This document shows, piece after piece, positions 37,370 through 47,966 of a stretch of 64,000 bases of DNA; position 1 is the stretch's first letter; every line of letters begins with the position of its first letter. The stretch is from IMG/VR virus record IMGVR_UViG_3300005512_000016, positions 1-64,000 of that record. One strand, given 5' to 3'. The translations under genes were made by a program, and so were the position numbers. The DNA is from an uncultured virus (IMG/VR IMGVR_UViG_3300005512_000016). Taxonomy: Duplodnaviria; Heunggongvirae; Uroviricota; Caudoviricetes. Under the pieces are notes generated by a model. The model worked only from the letters and a program-made list of their open reading frames with translations. It ran no database searches and had not been told where the DNA came from.

Positions 37370-37507
37370 TATATGTTTTTCTAATCTATTTGTAGTAAGT
37401 TTACCACTTGTAGCAAGTTTACGCAAACGTTCATTTTTACGAATTTTAGGACTGGGAGGTTTTTTAAACTTAAACCTTCCAACTTTTTTTATAGTTCTGT
37501 AAGCCAT
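37292..37507 (-). CDS. Small basic protein
   Basis: K/R-rich 71 aa; AGGGGG SD. Confidence 0.65.
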   Translation of the reverse strand: MAYRTIKKVGRFKFKKPPSPKIRKNERLRKLATSGKLTTNRLEKHIVNERKKGYPVKYSKPIGFKKSRSRR

Positions 37508-38487
37508 GACATTTTTCCCCCTGCATTAAATTTTATGGTTTCCCCTGTCTCTAAGTTTTCTTCAATCTTCTCTCTACTACTAAGTAGTTTACCACACTGC
37601 GCCTTACAAAGAGGAAACGCTCTCTCATATCCTGCTAGATACTTAGACAACTTAGTCCAATATTCATAACTCAGTATTTTCTCTAAAGAGTGATTAAAAC
37701 CATTAAATACTTTTTCATAATCTTTTATGTAATAAAACCTAGTATTAGTTTCATCATAAAAATGTCCACCAGTCCAACAACACCTAAAAACATTACCATC
37801 AGGAGCAATATACCATTTACCCCAATCTTGCCAGCTACAAATAATCTTTCGTTCTATGCTCTCAAGATTTATTTTTTTCTTAGCATGAACATATTTTCCA
37901 CTTTTTGGAGCGCCAAATTCTCTAGAAGTTTTAATAGTAGAAAAAGTAGTAAAATTTGCATTTACTGCCCTTCTTCTGGCTTCTTCTACTTGATGCTTAT
38001 TATGTTCAAAGACTATATACTTCCAATGAACTTTTGGTCTTTTAGTATTAATTACTGCTTTTGCATTATTAAATACTTTTTCATACTCTGTATTAATTCT
38101 ATAAATATGATGAGTATCTTCTAAACCATCGATATCAAAGTTTATAATATCTTTTTCAGTTAGTATATTACCAATATCAGTCCAATAGTCTTGATTATGT
38201 ATCCCACCATTAGTATGGATTAAAACTTTGGTATCATATGATTTTACATATGTAAGAATATCTCTAAAATCTTTATTCATTATAGAATCACCAAAGTTTC
38301 CGTTAAACATTAGCCACTCTAAGTTTTGTAATAACTCAGGATAAAATAACTTTTTAAAGTTTTCTATAGAGATAGTATATTTTTTATCATTAAGATTTAT
38401 TCTTAAAGGTTTTAGCCTGTGACAAGCAGGACATTTAGCATTGCATCTAAATGTAATCTCTGTAGTCAGTTGTCTATATTTTTTCAT
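37489..38487 (-). CDS. Radical SAM protein with C-terminal SPASM/Twitch-like cysteines
   Basis: CNAKCPAC, GNFGD, HTNGG, IDGLEDTHHIYR, FEHNKHQVEEA, C..G.VFRCCW..C...C. Confidence 0.88.
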   Translation of the reverse strand: MKKYRQLTTEITFRCNAKCPACHRLKPLRINLNDKKYTISIENFKKLFYPELLQNLEWLMFNGNFGDSIMNKDFRDILTYVKSYDTKVLIHTNGGIHNQDYWTDIGNILTEKDIINFDIDGLEDTHHIYRINTEYEKVFNNAKAVINTKRPKVHWKYIVFEHNKHQVEEARRRAVNANFTTFSTIKTSREFGAPKSGKYVHAKKKINLESIERKIICSWQDWGKWYIAPDGNVFRCCWTGGHFYDETNTRFYYIKDYEKVFNGFNHSLEKILSYEYWTKLSKYLAGYERAFPLCKAQCGKLLSSREKIEENLETGETIKFNAGGKMSWLTEL

Positions 38488-39857
38488 TAACTAGCGGGTC
38501 TTAATCCTACAATTGTTATAGTTAAACCAGCGGGGATAGATGTTTCAACATCTTTAAACTGTATAGTATCTCCAGGATTATTATAAATATAATCTGTAGT
38601 GGGAGCTTGAGTAACACCGTCAATTGACACACTTAACACATTAGCTATGGCCACTAGAGCTACACCAACTCCGTAAGTATTTGAATCTGCTATACTAGTA
38701 ACCACGTTAGTGTGCGGAGCTAATAAAGTAGCTCCTCCAGTTATAGCAGCAACGTTATCTTGTACTATGTTAATGTTGGCAGTTGTAGAGTTTAGGTTTG
38801 AATTAAGTCTTGTAAAAGTAACAAAATCATTAGAAGCTGAGTCAGTAATTGCAATCTTAGAATCAATTTGTGTTTGTAGTGCAGAAGTTACCCCATCAAG
38901 GTGCCCAAGCTCAGTAGAAGTAACAGCGCTAACTTCTATCTTACCTCCAGAACCAGCTATCAAGGCTCTTGAAGCTGTTAGGTTAGTATTAAATACAGTG
39001 CTTATTGCCCCAGATCTATTATCAGTTATGGCGGTAGATAAATCTGTTCCATCAAATTTAACACTTGCAGCAGTTAATATGCCAACATCTAAATTAGATT
39101 GTGTTACAGGTGATAATGCAGTATTAGAAAGAGGATCCTTAGTATCAGCTAGTTTAAAAGTAGTAGCACTCTCATCGTAAAAAATTGCTGCATTTCCTTG
39201 GTTACCTCTATTAAATAATAAGCCAACATCTAAAGTAGGGCTGCCAGTAGCACCTGATGCTAACATTATCATTCTATCTGCTACTGTGAGATCTGTTGTA
39301 TCAACTGTGGTAGTTGTTCCGCTTACGGTTAAATTACCAGTGATTACAAGATCATCATTCATATTAACTTGATCTGTAAATGTAGCTGAAGTTAAATTTG
39401 CAGCTCTTCTTGCTTCAAGTGCGTCTATCTGTGTTTGAACGGCAGAAGTAACTCCATCTAGATGTCCTAATTCTGTAGAGGTAATAACACTAACTTCAAC
39501 TTTTCCACCAGTGCCTGCAATTAATGCTCTTGATGCAGTTAGGTCAGCTGTAGTAATAGTGCTTACAGCACCAGCAATATTAGCTGCTCTTCTAGTTTCT
39601 ATCGCCGCATCTTCTGCAGTTAATAGAGTATTATTTGCTGAACGTCTAGTTTCAACAGCGGCCACATTATCCTGTACTATATCAACATTAGCATTAATTC
39701 TAACCTCAACTGCTGCAGCATTAGCTCCTGCATCTAACTGAGCCGCAGTAATAGTACCGTCTGCTATATGTCTACCTTCAACACTATTGTTTGCTAATAA
39801 AGAAGAGTTTATTAAATTACTAGCAACAACAGATCTACTTATTCGTGTAAGTGCCAT
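38487..39857 (-). CDS. Tail fibre-like structural protein with internal repeats
   Basis: A/T/N-rich; duplicated LTASRALIAG.GGK.EVS..TSTELGHLDGVTSA.QTQID; GNLTVSGTTTTV. Confidence 0.75.
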   Translation of the reverse strand: MALTRISRSVVASNLINSSLLANNSVEGRHIADGTITAAQLDAGANAAAVEVRINANVDIVQDNVAAVETRRSANNTLLTAEDAAIETRRAANIAGAVSTITTADLTASRALIAGTGGKVEVSVITSTELGHLDGVTSAVQTQIDALEARRAANLTSATFTDQVNMNDDLVITGNLTVSGTTTTVDTTDLTVADRMIMLASGATGSPTLDVGLLFNRGNQGNAAIFYDESATTFKLADTKDPLSNTALSPVTQSNLDVGILTAASVKFDGTDLSTAITDNRSGAISTVFNTNLTASRALIAGSGGKIEVSAVTSTELGHLDGVTSALQTQIDSKIAITDSASNDFVTFTRLNSNLNSTTANINIVQDNVAAITGGATLLAPHTNVVTSIADSNTYGVGVALVAIANVLSVSIDGVTQAPTTDYIYNNPGDTIQFKDVETSIPAGLTITIVGLRPAS

Positions 39858-39860
39858 ATC

Positions 39861-40328
39861 TTACTCCTTTTTATCGGGTTCCACTTCATCAATTTCAGCA
39901 AAAAACTCTTCTAAGAAATCTCTTTTCTCTAAAGGTTTTTCATCCTCATCATCAAAAAATTCTTTAATAAAAGATTCAACCTGCTCATCAACAGATGGGG
40001 GAGCATTAAGATAATCAAACTCATTGTCTACGCAAGCTCGTTTTATAATTTCCATACACCATTTTTGATCTTCTTCATTGAGCATTTCTCTTTGTCCATC
40101 AATCCATTGAATCTCAGTATGAGGATTTTGTGATCCTGATTTTTCATAGTATATTCCTACAATATCTCCCGCTACCATTTCCTTTACTTTTGGAACAACC
40201 TCTGCCATTTTATCTAAACTAAATGACTTTAATTTTAAAGGACCTTTTCCATCTTTAGTAATTTCTCTGAACTCGCAGAATACATTATCTGCATGAAGTT
40301 CGTCTATATGCATTTTATAATAAGACAT
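39861..40328 (-). CDS. Acidic hypothetical protein, possible fibre chaperone
   Basis: ORF between two fibre genes. Confidence 0.6.
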   Translation of the reverse strand: MSYYKMHIDELHADNVFCEFREITKDGKGPLKLKSFSLDKMAEVVPKVKEMVAGDIVGIYYEKSGSQNPHTEIQWIDGQREMLNEEDQKWCMEIIKRACVDNEFDYLNAPPSVDEQVESFIKEFFDDEDEKPLEKRDFLEEFFAEIDEVEPDKKE

Positions 40329-40336
40329 TCTATCTC

Positions 40337-41566
40337 CTATGTTTTTATAATAAATTTAACGCCTTGAAAGGCTTGTGTGACTGTGATACCACCAGTAGAA
40401 CCACTCACACTAGTTACAACTGTTGAACTACCAGCGTCTTTTGAAGCTGTAGCCACTGATGATGTACCAACACTTAAACTTAATGCTCCTCCTGATGCTG
40501 TTAAAACTCCTGAAGAGCCTATTGTAGTGCCAGAGGGTGAATAACCAACATTAGTTGCTTTACCTGCCGCTACTCTATCGCTAAAATTAGGCAAAGTAAA
40601 AGTGCTACTACCATCCCCAGCTCCAAAATTTGTACCTATTACTGCAAATAAAGCTGCATATGTAGTTCTACTTACAGTTCCTCCTTCACAACCTAACCAA
40701 CCAGCAGGGGCTGAGTCTGCTCCGTACATAATTATTGTACCAGGAGGCATTAATGGTGCTACATCTGTAGCTGTATTCATTATGGTTGCTTGAGAAAGCA
40801 CTCTAGCAGCAACATTACCGTAAGTTTTACCGTCTTGTGTGAGGATATTTAATCCATCTTTTCCTGCACCAGCAATCGCACCACTAGTTGTTCCATAATG
40901 AACAATAGAGGTATTAGCACTGTTAATAGTTCCAAGTGCAATCGCAGTTGGATTATTAGCTATGGCAGAAACTTTGATTTGAGCATTTGCCCCAGCTAAG
41001 CCTTTTGTACTATTAAAAGCAAAGTTAAGTCTATCACCTGTTATACCAGTTGTTGTACTAGTGGTTGCTTCAATCATTGCATTAGTAACGGAACCATTTA
41101 AAGGTGGTATACCGATATCAACAAAATCAGTGGCGGTATCAGTATTAGCTTTTTTTAGATAGAGTCTAGCATTAGCAGACAATCCTCCAGCGGAACTAAC
41201 AGTAGCAGCAAGCTCTCCTATCTCATAATGAGAGACATTAGACATCATAGACACAATGCCGTTCTCAAGTCTATGCCCAATTCCTACTCGTGTAAAACCT
41301 GTGCCAACCGTTTGTGTTTTAATATGGTTTGCGTCAGCTACGAAAAAGGCAGTTACATTTGCATTTGAGTGTCTATAAAGTAAGCCAGTTTCAGGAGCTT
41401 GAGCTGTACCAGATCTAACAATATTACTACCTGATAATGAAGGCGCAGCTGCTCCCGCAAAATTGGTCAGCAAAGACCTAAGAGCATTATTGAACTGAGT
41501 TCGTGCAGTACTAATACTAGTTGCTGCAGTAGGTTCAACAAAGGTGTTTGAGTCTAGTAATGTCAT
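40337..41566 (-). CDS. Tail fibre with tail-collar domain
   Basis: PPGTIIMYG..APAGWL.C.G..VSRTTYAALFAVIGT.FG.GDGSSTFTLPN...FIIKT. Confidence 0.88.
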   Translation of the reverse strand: MTLLDSNTFVEPTAATSISTARTQFNNALRSLLTNFAGAAAPSLSGSNIVRSGTAQAPETGLLYRHSNANVTAFFVADANHIKTQTVGTGFTRVGIGHRLENGIVSMMSNVSHYEIGELAATVSSAGGLSANARLYLKKANTDTATDFVDIGIPPLNGSVTNAMIEATTSTTTGITGDRLNFAFNSTKGLAGANAQIKVSAIANNPTAIALGTINSANTSIVHYGTTSGAIAGAGKDGLNILTQDGKTYGNVAARVLSQATIMNTATDVAPLMPPGTIIMYGADSAPAGWLGCEGGTVSRTTYAALFAVIGTNFGAGDGSSTFTLPNFSDRVAAGKATNVGYSPSGTTIGSSGVLTASGGALSLSVGTSSVATASKDAGSSTVVTSVSGSTGGITVTQAFQGVKFIIKT

Positions 41567-41567
41567 T

Positions 41568-44500
41568 TTATATTCCCGTTGCTGTCAATGCGACTGATAT
41601 TGCACCATCAGCAGGTGCTACCGCATCAGCTCCAATATCAAATACTCTATACGCCACATGATCTTTAGTAACCTCAACAGTAAGTACAACAGCTGCATTG
41701 GCAAAATTTATCGGCTGTAAAGATACAGTCGGTGTTAAACCAAAATTTGCAGATGTCATATCAACAAACTGCGTAGCATTACTAAAAGTTGATGTATCAG
41801 TAAAAGTTGTTGTAGTCTTCTCTATACTAACTCTAAATTTATCGAGTGTAAAGTCAAATTCATTTGGAGATGAGTTGAGTACCACAAATTTTAATTGATA
41901 AAATCTAAACTGACGGGATCCAACCTCGTAAGGTAAAAAACCATCATTAATCGAAGAAGAAGTAAAAGCACTTACATTAACGTTTCCATTTGATACTCCT
42001 GCACCTGTGTAAAATAATACATCAGGATCTGCGCTAGAGGTCCTTATGAAAGTTTGTTGAGTTATCGCTGTAGCGGAACCAGCAAAAGTTGTGGAGGCTT
42101 CGTCTTGATACTGTCTTAAGTTAACTAGTTTATAATTATTAACTCCACTATTTGCCGTAGTAACGTTAGCAAAGGCATTACCTCCAGTAGAATCTCCATT
42201 TGCATGAAAAGTTTCCCCTAGTTCAATCTCATTCGCATTGATGGCACCAGCTATAAAAGCCATAGCATTAGCATTTGCTCTGTCACCTTGGTCTAATACT
42301 CCTCCACTTACATAAGTACTAAAACCACTAGAGTTTAAACCAGTGCTTCCTCCTGAATCAGTGAATATATTTAATGTTGTTGCATTAACTCTAGTTGCGT
42401 ATACTTCTCTTTCATTAATCTCAGTCATGCCACTAACACCATGAATTATAATACGCTCAGTTCCAGTAATTCCATGCTCAGAGCCAGAAGTTGTAATCAC
42501 AGCAGGGTTAGCTTTTGTTATAGCTTGAATCGAAATAACATTACCAGTATATTGTCCAGGATTTACGATTGCATACACATTTTGTGATGTCGTTGAATCG
42601 ACAAGTGTTTCATTATTTGTATCAAAACTGAAAGATAAAGTTGTATTACTGAAACCTAATACAGTGCCTAAGCCTCCAAAGTTAGTTTCTCTTAACACAT
42701 TGTCTTTAGGACTACTTTGTACCTCTGTGGCTCCAGTTAGTATGTCGTCTGTAAAATCATTAAAAGTAGTTTTAGCAGCTGATGTACCTTGTATATCAGC
42801 CTGTACAGATCCTGTAATAACTGCACCCATGTCTCTAATTGGAGTAATATATGTCGCATCACCACCAGCAGTTAAATCAGAGACGGCTAAGCCAGCATTG
42901 TACGACCACCCAGTAGCAGAGGCATTAGCATTATCTGCAGCAGTTGAAGGAGTAGCAGCAACGTTAAGTCCTCCCGAATTAGTGTCAGTAACACTAACAA
43001 AAGCTGCTTCAGAAGCATTTTCATTGGCTATACCAGCAAATTGAACAGAAGGGCTATCAGTATTAAACGCTTTAAATACCGTTTTTCCTCCTGGTCTAAA
43101 TGTTGTTAAAGTAGTAATAGCAATGTCATCACTAAAATTTCCTGAGGTATCACGAGTTTTTGCAAGATATGTAAAATCACCAAAAGCATCAATAGGACTA
43201 GATTTACGAGATACACCTGCTGCAACTGTTAAAAAAGGATTGGCTGCGTTAAAATTCTCTTCAGTTGCCGTGCGAATACCTCCTATACGTCTTATCACTA
43301 CTTCTTTTAAATCTAAATCAACTAGATCACCTGTTGCTTGACGTGGGTATTGCCAAAATAAGGTAAGTTGTTCTTCAGATTGTCCAGCACCAAAATCAGT
43401 AATATTTTGTGGTTTAGCTGTTTTTCCTATTATAAGTTTTTCTGCTGTTGCAGTTATTCCTCTTATATTTTTATTAAGAGGTGTGATTCTTACAAATAAA
43501 GTTATTGTGCTTCCTACAACGCCTCTATCAATATTATTTATGACATGAGTAATTTGTCCTGCATCATCAACATTATTAGCAGGAACTTTAACTGTAGAAA
43601 AACTACTTAAATCTGTATTATCTGTATTATTAGTACGATATGAAATTTCATAATCAGTTACTTCTTGATTAACTACGTGATTAAATTTGATTATAGCACG
43701 TGTAGCAACACCACCTAATTGTTCTACATATAAACCTTCAGTAATTGAAATATTTTGAACCTTTTGAATAGGTATCTCTCCAATAGAAACACTCTTTGTT
43801 ACACTAGGGCTGAATCTTCCTGTAAGGTTTCTATTCCTAGCTTTTACAGTAGTAGTGCCTATAGGTATATCTCTTATAATTCTATCTTTTGCTAAAAAAG
43901 TTTTTTCAAACTCACCACCAACATTCAGTTGATATATTTGATTATTAGCTAATCTAAAATTACCAGGATAAGTTCCTCTATCATAGTCGAGAGTAAAAGT
44001 TTTATCTCCAGTATTCACATTACCTATAGCTCCGACAGGGTCTTGAGCAAGGTTAACCATAGTTACGCCAGTAAGATTAGCTACTGGCGTAGTCAATAAT
44101 TCTACCTGATAAATATTATTAGCGGTCATTTCAGCATTGTAAGTTGGGCTAGCAGGGTCATAACTAGTGTTTGCCACAGTAAAAATATTCTGAGTTTCAA
44201 ACTGCACATTATCACCTATCTCAATAGCTGGTACAGTATAATGATCTATTTCTACTCTTATTTGACTTTCATCACTCGCTGCGGTAACTTGTATAGTAGC
44301 AGGTGTTGATACTCTATCTAGTGTGAAGTTCTGAGTTTCAATATTATCTAAAAATACTCTTACAAAAGCTGCATCTCTAGGAGTAATTGGTAAAGGCTCT
44401 GTATGGGTGCTTCCTCCTACAAAAGCATTTTCTTGGGTGTAAGTAAATTCTGAACCACCGACATAAAAGTTTGCTCTACTATTAAAATATCTCGAATCCA

Positions 44501-47500
44501 ATATTTGAAATATCTCAATATAAAATGGAGTATTAAGCAATTTACTACCAAGATCAACGCCATTTGTAATAGGATTATCAATATAAATAAAGTTATTTGG
44601 TCTATCAGCAAAACGTATATTAGCAGATAAACCAGTTAATTCTGGCCCAGCAGCTACAAAGTTTCTTGATCCTCCTGTTTGTTGTACAGAAATCGGTACA
44701 GTTACAGCATCGTGTCCTTTTAGTCCTTGGAAAATACCATCTGCTAACCCATCATTTACATCTAAAAGAAACTTAGGCTCACCACTTGCAATAAAATTAT
44801 AATCAGTAAGAACATTCATACCTTCAACTTGTAATCTTAAATTATCAACTGCACTTGTTCCATGAGTAGCACCTGAAATTACAGAATTACATAATAACCT
44901 AATTTTACCTGTTAAACTATCAAACCCGTTTTTACCGATTAATGCAGCAGGACCGTCGCCATCTTCTATAGCAGTAATATCAGAGGCGTTAAATTTTATA
45001 GTGCTTCCGTCATCACTAACTAATGAGGGTATTAGTTGAGATTCGTCTGGAAGAGAAATAAAATACTCTGTCTCAAACTGGATACCATAATTCTGACTTT
45101 CAGTAAAATTTTCTACAATTAAATCAACCCTCACTGACCCATCTTGCTCTCTAGTAGGTACTGAACGTAAACTAAAGACAGGAGCAGGAGGTGCGATTAA
45201 TGGTGATTTAGTATCTAAATATGCTGTTGGGGTATAATCAATAAAAGTATCTGAATCTACGTATATATTAGATACATACTCTATAGCTGATACTGTTACT
45301 TCTTCTTCTTTTGGGTCACGTGAAAGTGAAGTGATTTTAAATAGTTTATCTGTTTTATTTGTGTAAAACTGGTCTGGGTTATCCCATTCTCCAAAGCTCC
45401 ACAAATCTCCTCTTTTTGGTAGATTATTAGAAGTAAATTGGTTAAAATTCACTAGAGTTTTAGTAATCGGATCATATCGTTTATCTATTCTAACTTCAAT
45501 TAAATCTGCGCCTGCACTAACATTACCTGTACTATTAACTGCAAATAAGGTATTTGAAAGAATATATAAATCAATTCTATCTCCATCAAGTTGTATAACT
45601 CTTAAAGCTAATGGTGAAGTATTACCTGTAAAATCTGTAGCAGCAATAGTAGGGACAGTTAAATGCTCTAACATTAAATTAGAACCTAGGCTTAAGGTTG
45701 TGTTGGCGTCTCTAGCAATCTTACCTCCATAACCAAAAGCAACACCAATCTGTCTTTGGGCTAAAGATATGACATCACCAGGAGCGAGTGCTAAAGCATC
45801 TGTAGAAGTAATAAAGTCAACTTTTCGTCTTTGAAATCTAGAAGCAGCTATTTGGTATTGTGCATATCTAAGAGCTTGAGACCGTCTAGTAACTCCAAAT
45901 AAATCAAGAGAAGCAATATTTTCAATTATACTACGATCTGTACCATCATTAGCATCAACAGTGTCTATTCTTACTGTTTCCCTTTTAAAATGATTTGTTG
46001 GGTCAACGTATGATACGTCTACACCAGTAAAAATCTCGCTCTCTTTAACTCCAGAGATGTTTAGGGAGCCTGTTTTAATATTTGTCTCATTAAAAAGCGC
46101 AACTGGTGTTTCGTCAGGTAAGTCAACAGCTAAAGTAATCTTACCTCCAGAATATACTAAAGCAGCTCTAATTGACGCAGCCATTTGATTTAACACATCT
46201 AATGCTTGTCCTTGATCTTGTATGACTCCATTGAATGTAAAGCGTCTTTCAATTATTTTAGTGCCTTCAGGTATTCCAATTAAAGTTTCTCTAACAGCTG
46301 TGAATAAACCTCTAGGTTTATGTCTAAATGTTCCATCAGCTAAACCTTCAACACCAATAAATGCTCCAGTTGCATCATCACAAGCATCACAATATTTAGC
46401 TACCCTATGAAATTTAAATTTATCAATATTTGCTTCATCAACCCCTAATCCATATGTTTTGTTAGTTAAGATATCATACATTATCCATACAGGGTTCTGA
46501 GTCCATGAATATACAAATTCACCGTCCCATGGACCTATATATAGTATAGGATTAGCAGTTAAAAGTTTAGTGCTTGGGCCTTGGCTCTGTAAACTATAGC
46601 CGTTTCCAAAATAACTTAAGTCACCTGAACTTGGATTCTCTAATTCTCTCCAATCAATCTCACCACTTGTTAATATTGGTTGATTATAGTTAGTAGGAAC
46701 TTTTACTATAAGTCCTTTAACTAACGAAGTAAAGTTAGGAACTCCTCCAGTGTGTTCAGCAAAAGCCTTTAAGGCGTAACCAATATGAGCAGTTCTGGGG
46801 TATGCTTGTGGTTGATTTTCAATCTCAAACCAGCCAATGCTTTGTATAGTTTCTTGAACTTTAGAGCTGTCTGAGTCATCAGAAGTTTTTTCTATAGTGA
46901 ATTTGTAACCGTTAGCACTTTGTGAAACAGCAGGTATTGTAATATCTACTGTAAATTTAAAAGGACTATTAGTCTTACCTCTAATAGTTTTATCAACAGT
47001 TCTTATAATAGTGCTACCTGTGCTATCAAATAAAGTAATTCTTATAGATATTGCTCTCTGAACAATATCACCATTATCTTTGGACTCTTGAAGAGCGCTA
47101 ATTACAAATGCAAATTTAATTTGATCCCAGTCATTTGCACTAGTCGATTGTAAAAATATTCTTGATTGTGGTACACCAGCTACATTACCTTTTTTAAGTG
47201 TGACAGGTGAAGAGAAATTTTGAGGGCCAACTGTCTGTTCCCCAAAAACTGGTAAAGGTTGTTGAGTTACAGTACCTGTATTAGTAGCAGTTCTAAAAAA
47301 TTCTGTATTTTCCTGTCCATCTCCATCAATATTAATCATATCATCAATATTGCCGTCATTAACTTCAATATCTTGAGGACCATTAGGGTTTATTCTATAC
47401 ATCGGCCCTTCACCTAATGCAGAGGTTACGAATAGAATATCAGTAGAAAATAAGTTATTTGGATCTTCTTTTCCGCCTTGAGATCCCGACTTGCCGCCAC

Positions 47501-47966
47501 CTTTATTATGTACTCGTAAATTCTCAGCTATATAAGTTTGAGTTTCAGAAACTGTAAAAGTATAAACAGGAGCATCTGGTAGCGTTACAATGCTTAAAAT
47601 AGTAGAAGGAGTACCATTCTGCAGAACTAACTCCTCTCCAAGTTTAAATTCTTGCATCTCCTTAAATAAACCATCAGAACCCATCATCCAATGATTAGGA
47701 GTAACATCAACTGTTCCGTGTTGGTGTTTTACTCTTATTACATTGTCTATTTCATGAAAAAAAACTTCAGTCACAGTAGCAGGACCAAGTTCTCCATATT
47801 TTTTGAAACTCCATACTATATCAGACGGTGATATATCTTTAATATCTTTAAAAGTACCGTCAGCCATAGTAATCATAGTACCTGCAGGAAAACACCCTTT
47901 AGAGCCAAAAATAGAAGGTACACTTTTTCCTTGATACTGTACGTAATGTCTATTAATCATAGCCAT
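41568..47966 (-). CDS. Central tail fibre / tip attachment protein (lambda J-like) with N-terminal Hint domain
   Basis: LGEGP, AYPRTA..G, WTQNPVWIMYDILTN..YGLG, YCD, RFTFN, PGDVI, FnIII-like regions. Confidence 0.9.
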   Translation of the reverse strand: MAMINRHYVQYQGKSVPSIFGSKGCFPAGTMITMADGTFKDIKDISPSDIVWSFKKYGELGPATVTEVFFHEIDNVIRVKHQHGTVDVTPNHWMMGSDGLFKEMQEFKLGEELVLQNGTPSTILSIVTLPDAPVYTFTVSETQTYIAENLRVHNKGGGKSGSQGGKEDPNNLFSTDILFVTSALGEGPMYRINPNGPQDIEVNDGNIDDMINIDGDGQENTEFFRTATNTGTVTQQPLPVFGEQTVGPQNFSSPVTLKKGNVAGVPQSRIFLQSTSANDWDQIKFAFVISALQESKDNGDIVQRAISIRITLFDSTGSTIIRTVDKTIRGKTNSPFKFTVDITIPAVSQSANGYKFTIEKTSDDSDSSKVQETIQSIGWFEIENQPQAYPRTAHIGYALKAFAEHTGGVPNFTSLVKGLIVKVPTNYNQPILTSGEIDWRELENPSSGDLSYFGNGYSLQSQGPSTKLLTANPILYIGPWDGEFVYSWTQNPVWIMYDILTNKTYGLGVDEANIDKFKFHRVAKYCDACDDATGAFIGVEGLADGTFRHKPRGLFTAVRETLIGIPEGTKIIERRFTFNGVIQDQGQALDVLNQMAASIRAALVYSGGKITLAVDLPDETPVALFNETNIKTGSLNISGVKESEIFTGVDVSYVDPTNHFKRETVRIDTVDANDGTDRSIIENIASLDLFGVTRRSQALRYAQYQIAASRFQRRKVDFITSTDALALAPGDVISLAQRQIGVAFGYGGKIARDANTTLSLGSNLMLEHLTVPTIAATDFTGNTSPLALRVIQLDGDRIDLYILSNTLFAVNSTGNVSAGADLIEVRIDKRYDPITKTLVNFNQFTSNNLPKRGDLWSFGEWDNPDQFYTNKTDKLFKITSLSRDPKEEEVTVSAIEYVSNIYVDSDTFIDYTPTAYLDTKSPLIAPPAPVFSLRSVPTREQDGSVRVDLIVENFTESQNYGIQFETEYFISLPDESQLIPSLVSDDGSTIKFNASDITAIEDGDGPAALIGKNGFDSLTGKIRLLCNSVISGATHGTSAVDNLRLQVEGMNVLTDYNFIASGEPKFLLDVNDGLADGIFQGLKGHDAVTVPISVQQTGGSRNFVAAGPELTGLSANIRFADRPNNFIYIDNPITNGVDLGSKLLNTPFYIEIFQILDSRYFNSRANFYVGGSEFTYTQENAFVGGSTHTEPLPITPRDAAFVRVFLDNIETQNFTLDRVSTPATIQVTAASDESQIRVEIDHYTVPAIEIGDNVQFETQNIFTVANTSYDPASPTYNAEMTANNIYQVELLTTPVANLTGVTMVNLAQDPVGAIGNVNTGDKTFTLDYDRGTYPGNFRLANNQIYQLNVGGEFEKTFLAKDRIIRDIPIGTTTVKARNRNLTGRFSPSVTKSVSIGEIPIQKVQNISITEGLYVEQLGGVATRAIIKFNHVVNQEVTDYEISYRTNNTDNTDLSSFSTVKVPANNVDDAGQITHVINNIDRGVVGSTITLFVRITPLNKNIRGITATAEKLIIGKTAKPQNITDFGAGQSEEQLTLFWQYPRQATGDLVDLDLKEVVIRRIGGIRTATEENFNAANPFLTVAAGVSRKSSPIDAFGDFTYLAKTRDTSGNFSDDIAITTLTTFRPGGKTVFKAFNTDSPSVQFAGIANENASEAAFVSVTDTNSGGLNVAATPSTAADNANASATGWSYNAGLAVSDLTAGGDATYITPIRDMGAVITGSVQADIQGTSAAKTTFNDFTDDILTGATEVQSSPKDNVLRETNFGGLGTVLGFSNTTLSFSFDTNNETLVDSTTSQNVYAIVNPGQYTGNVISIQAITKANPAVITTSGSEHGITGTERIIIHGVSGMTEINEREVYATRVNATTLNIFTDSGGSTGLNSSGFSTYVSGGVLDQGDRANANAMAFIAGAINANEIELGETFHANGDSTGGNAFANVTTANSGVNNYKLVNLRQYQDEASTTFAGSATAITQQTFIRTSSADPDVLFYTGAGVSNGNVNVSAFTSSSINDGFLPYEVGSRQFRFYQLKFVVLNSSPNEFDFTLDKFRVSIEKTTTTFTDTSTFSNATQFVDMTSANFGLTPTVSLQPINFANAAVVLTVEVTKDHVAYRVFDIGADAVAPADGAISVALTATGI
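47505..47894 (-). other. Hint (intein-like) autoprocessing domain, residues 25-154 of J
   Basis: Starts CFPAGTMITMADG, block B VTPNHW, ends VYTFTV...YIAENLRVHN; +1 residue is Lys; no endonuclease. Confidence 0.9.

Noticed and set aside
47505..47894. Mobile canonical intein
   Set aside because: Only 130 aa, no LAGLIDADG/HNH domain, and the +1 residue is Lys
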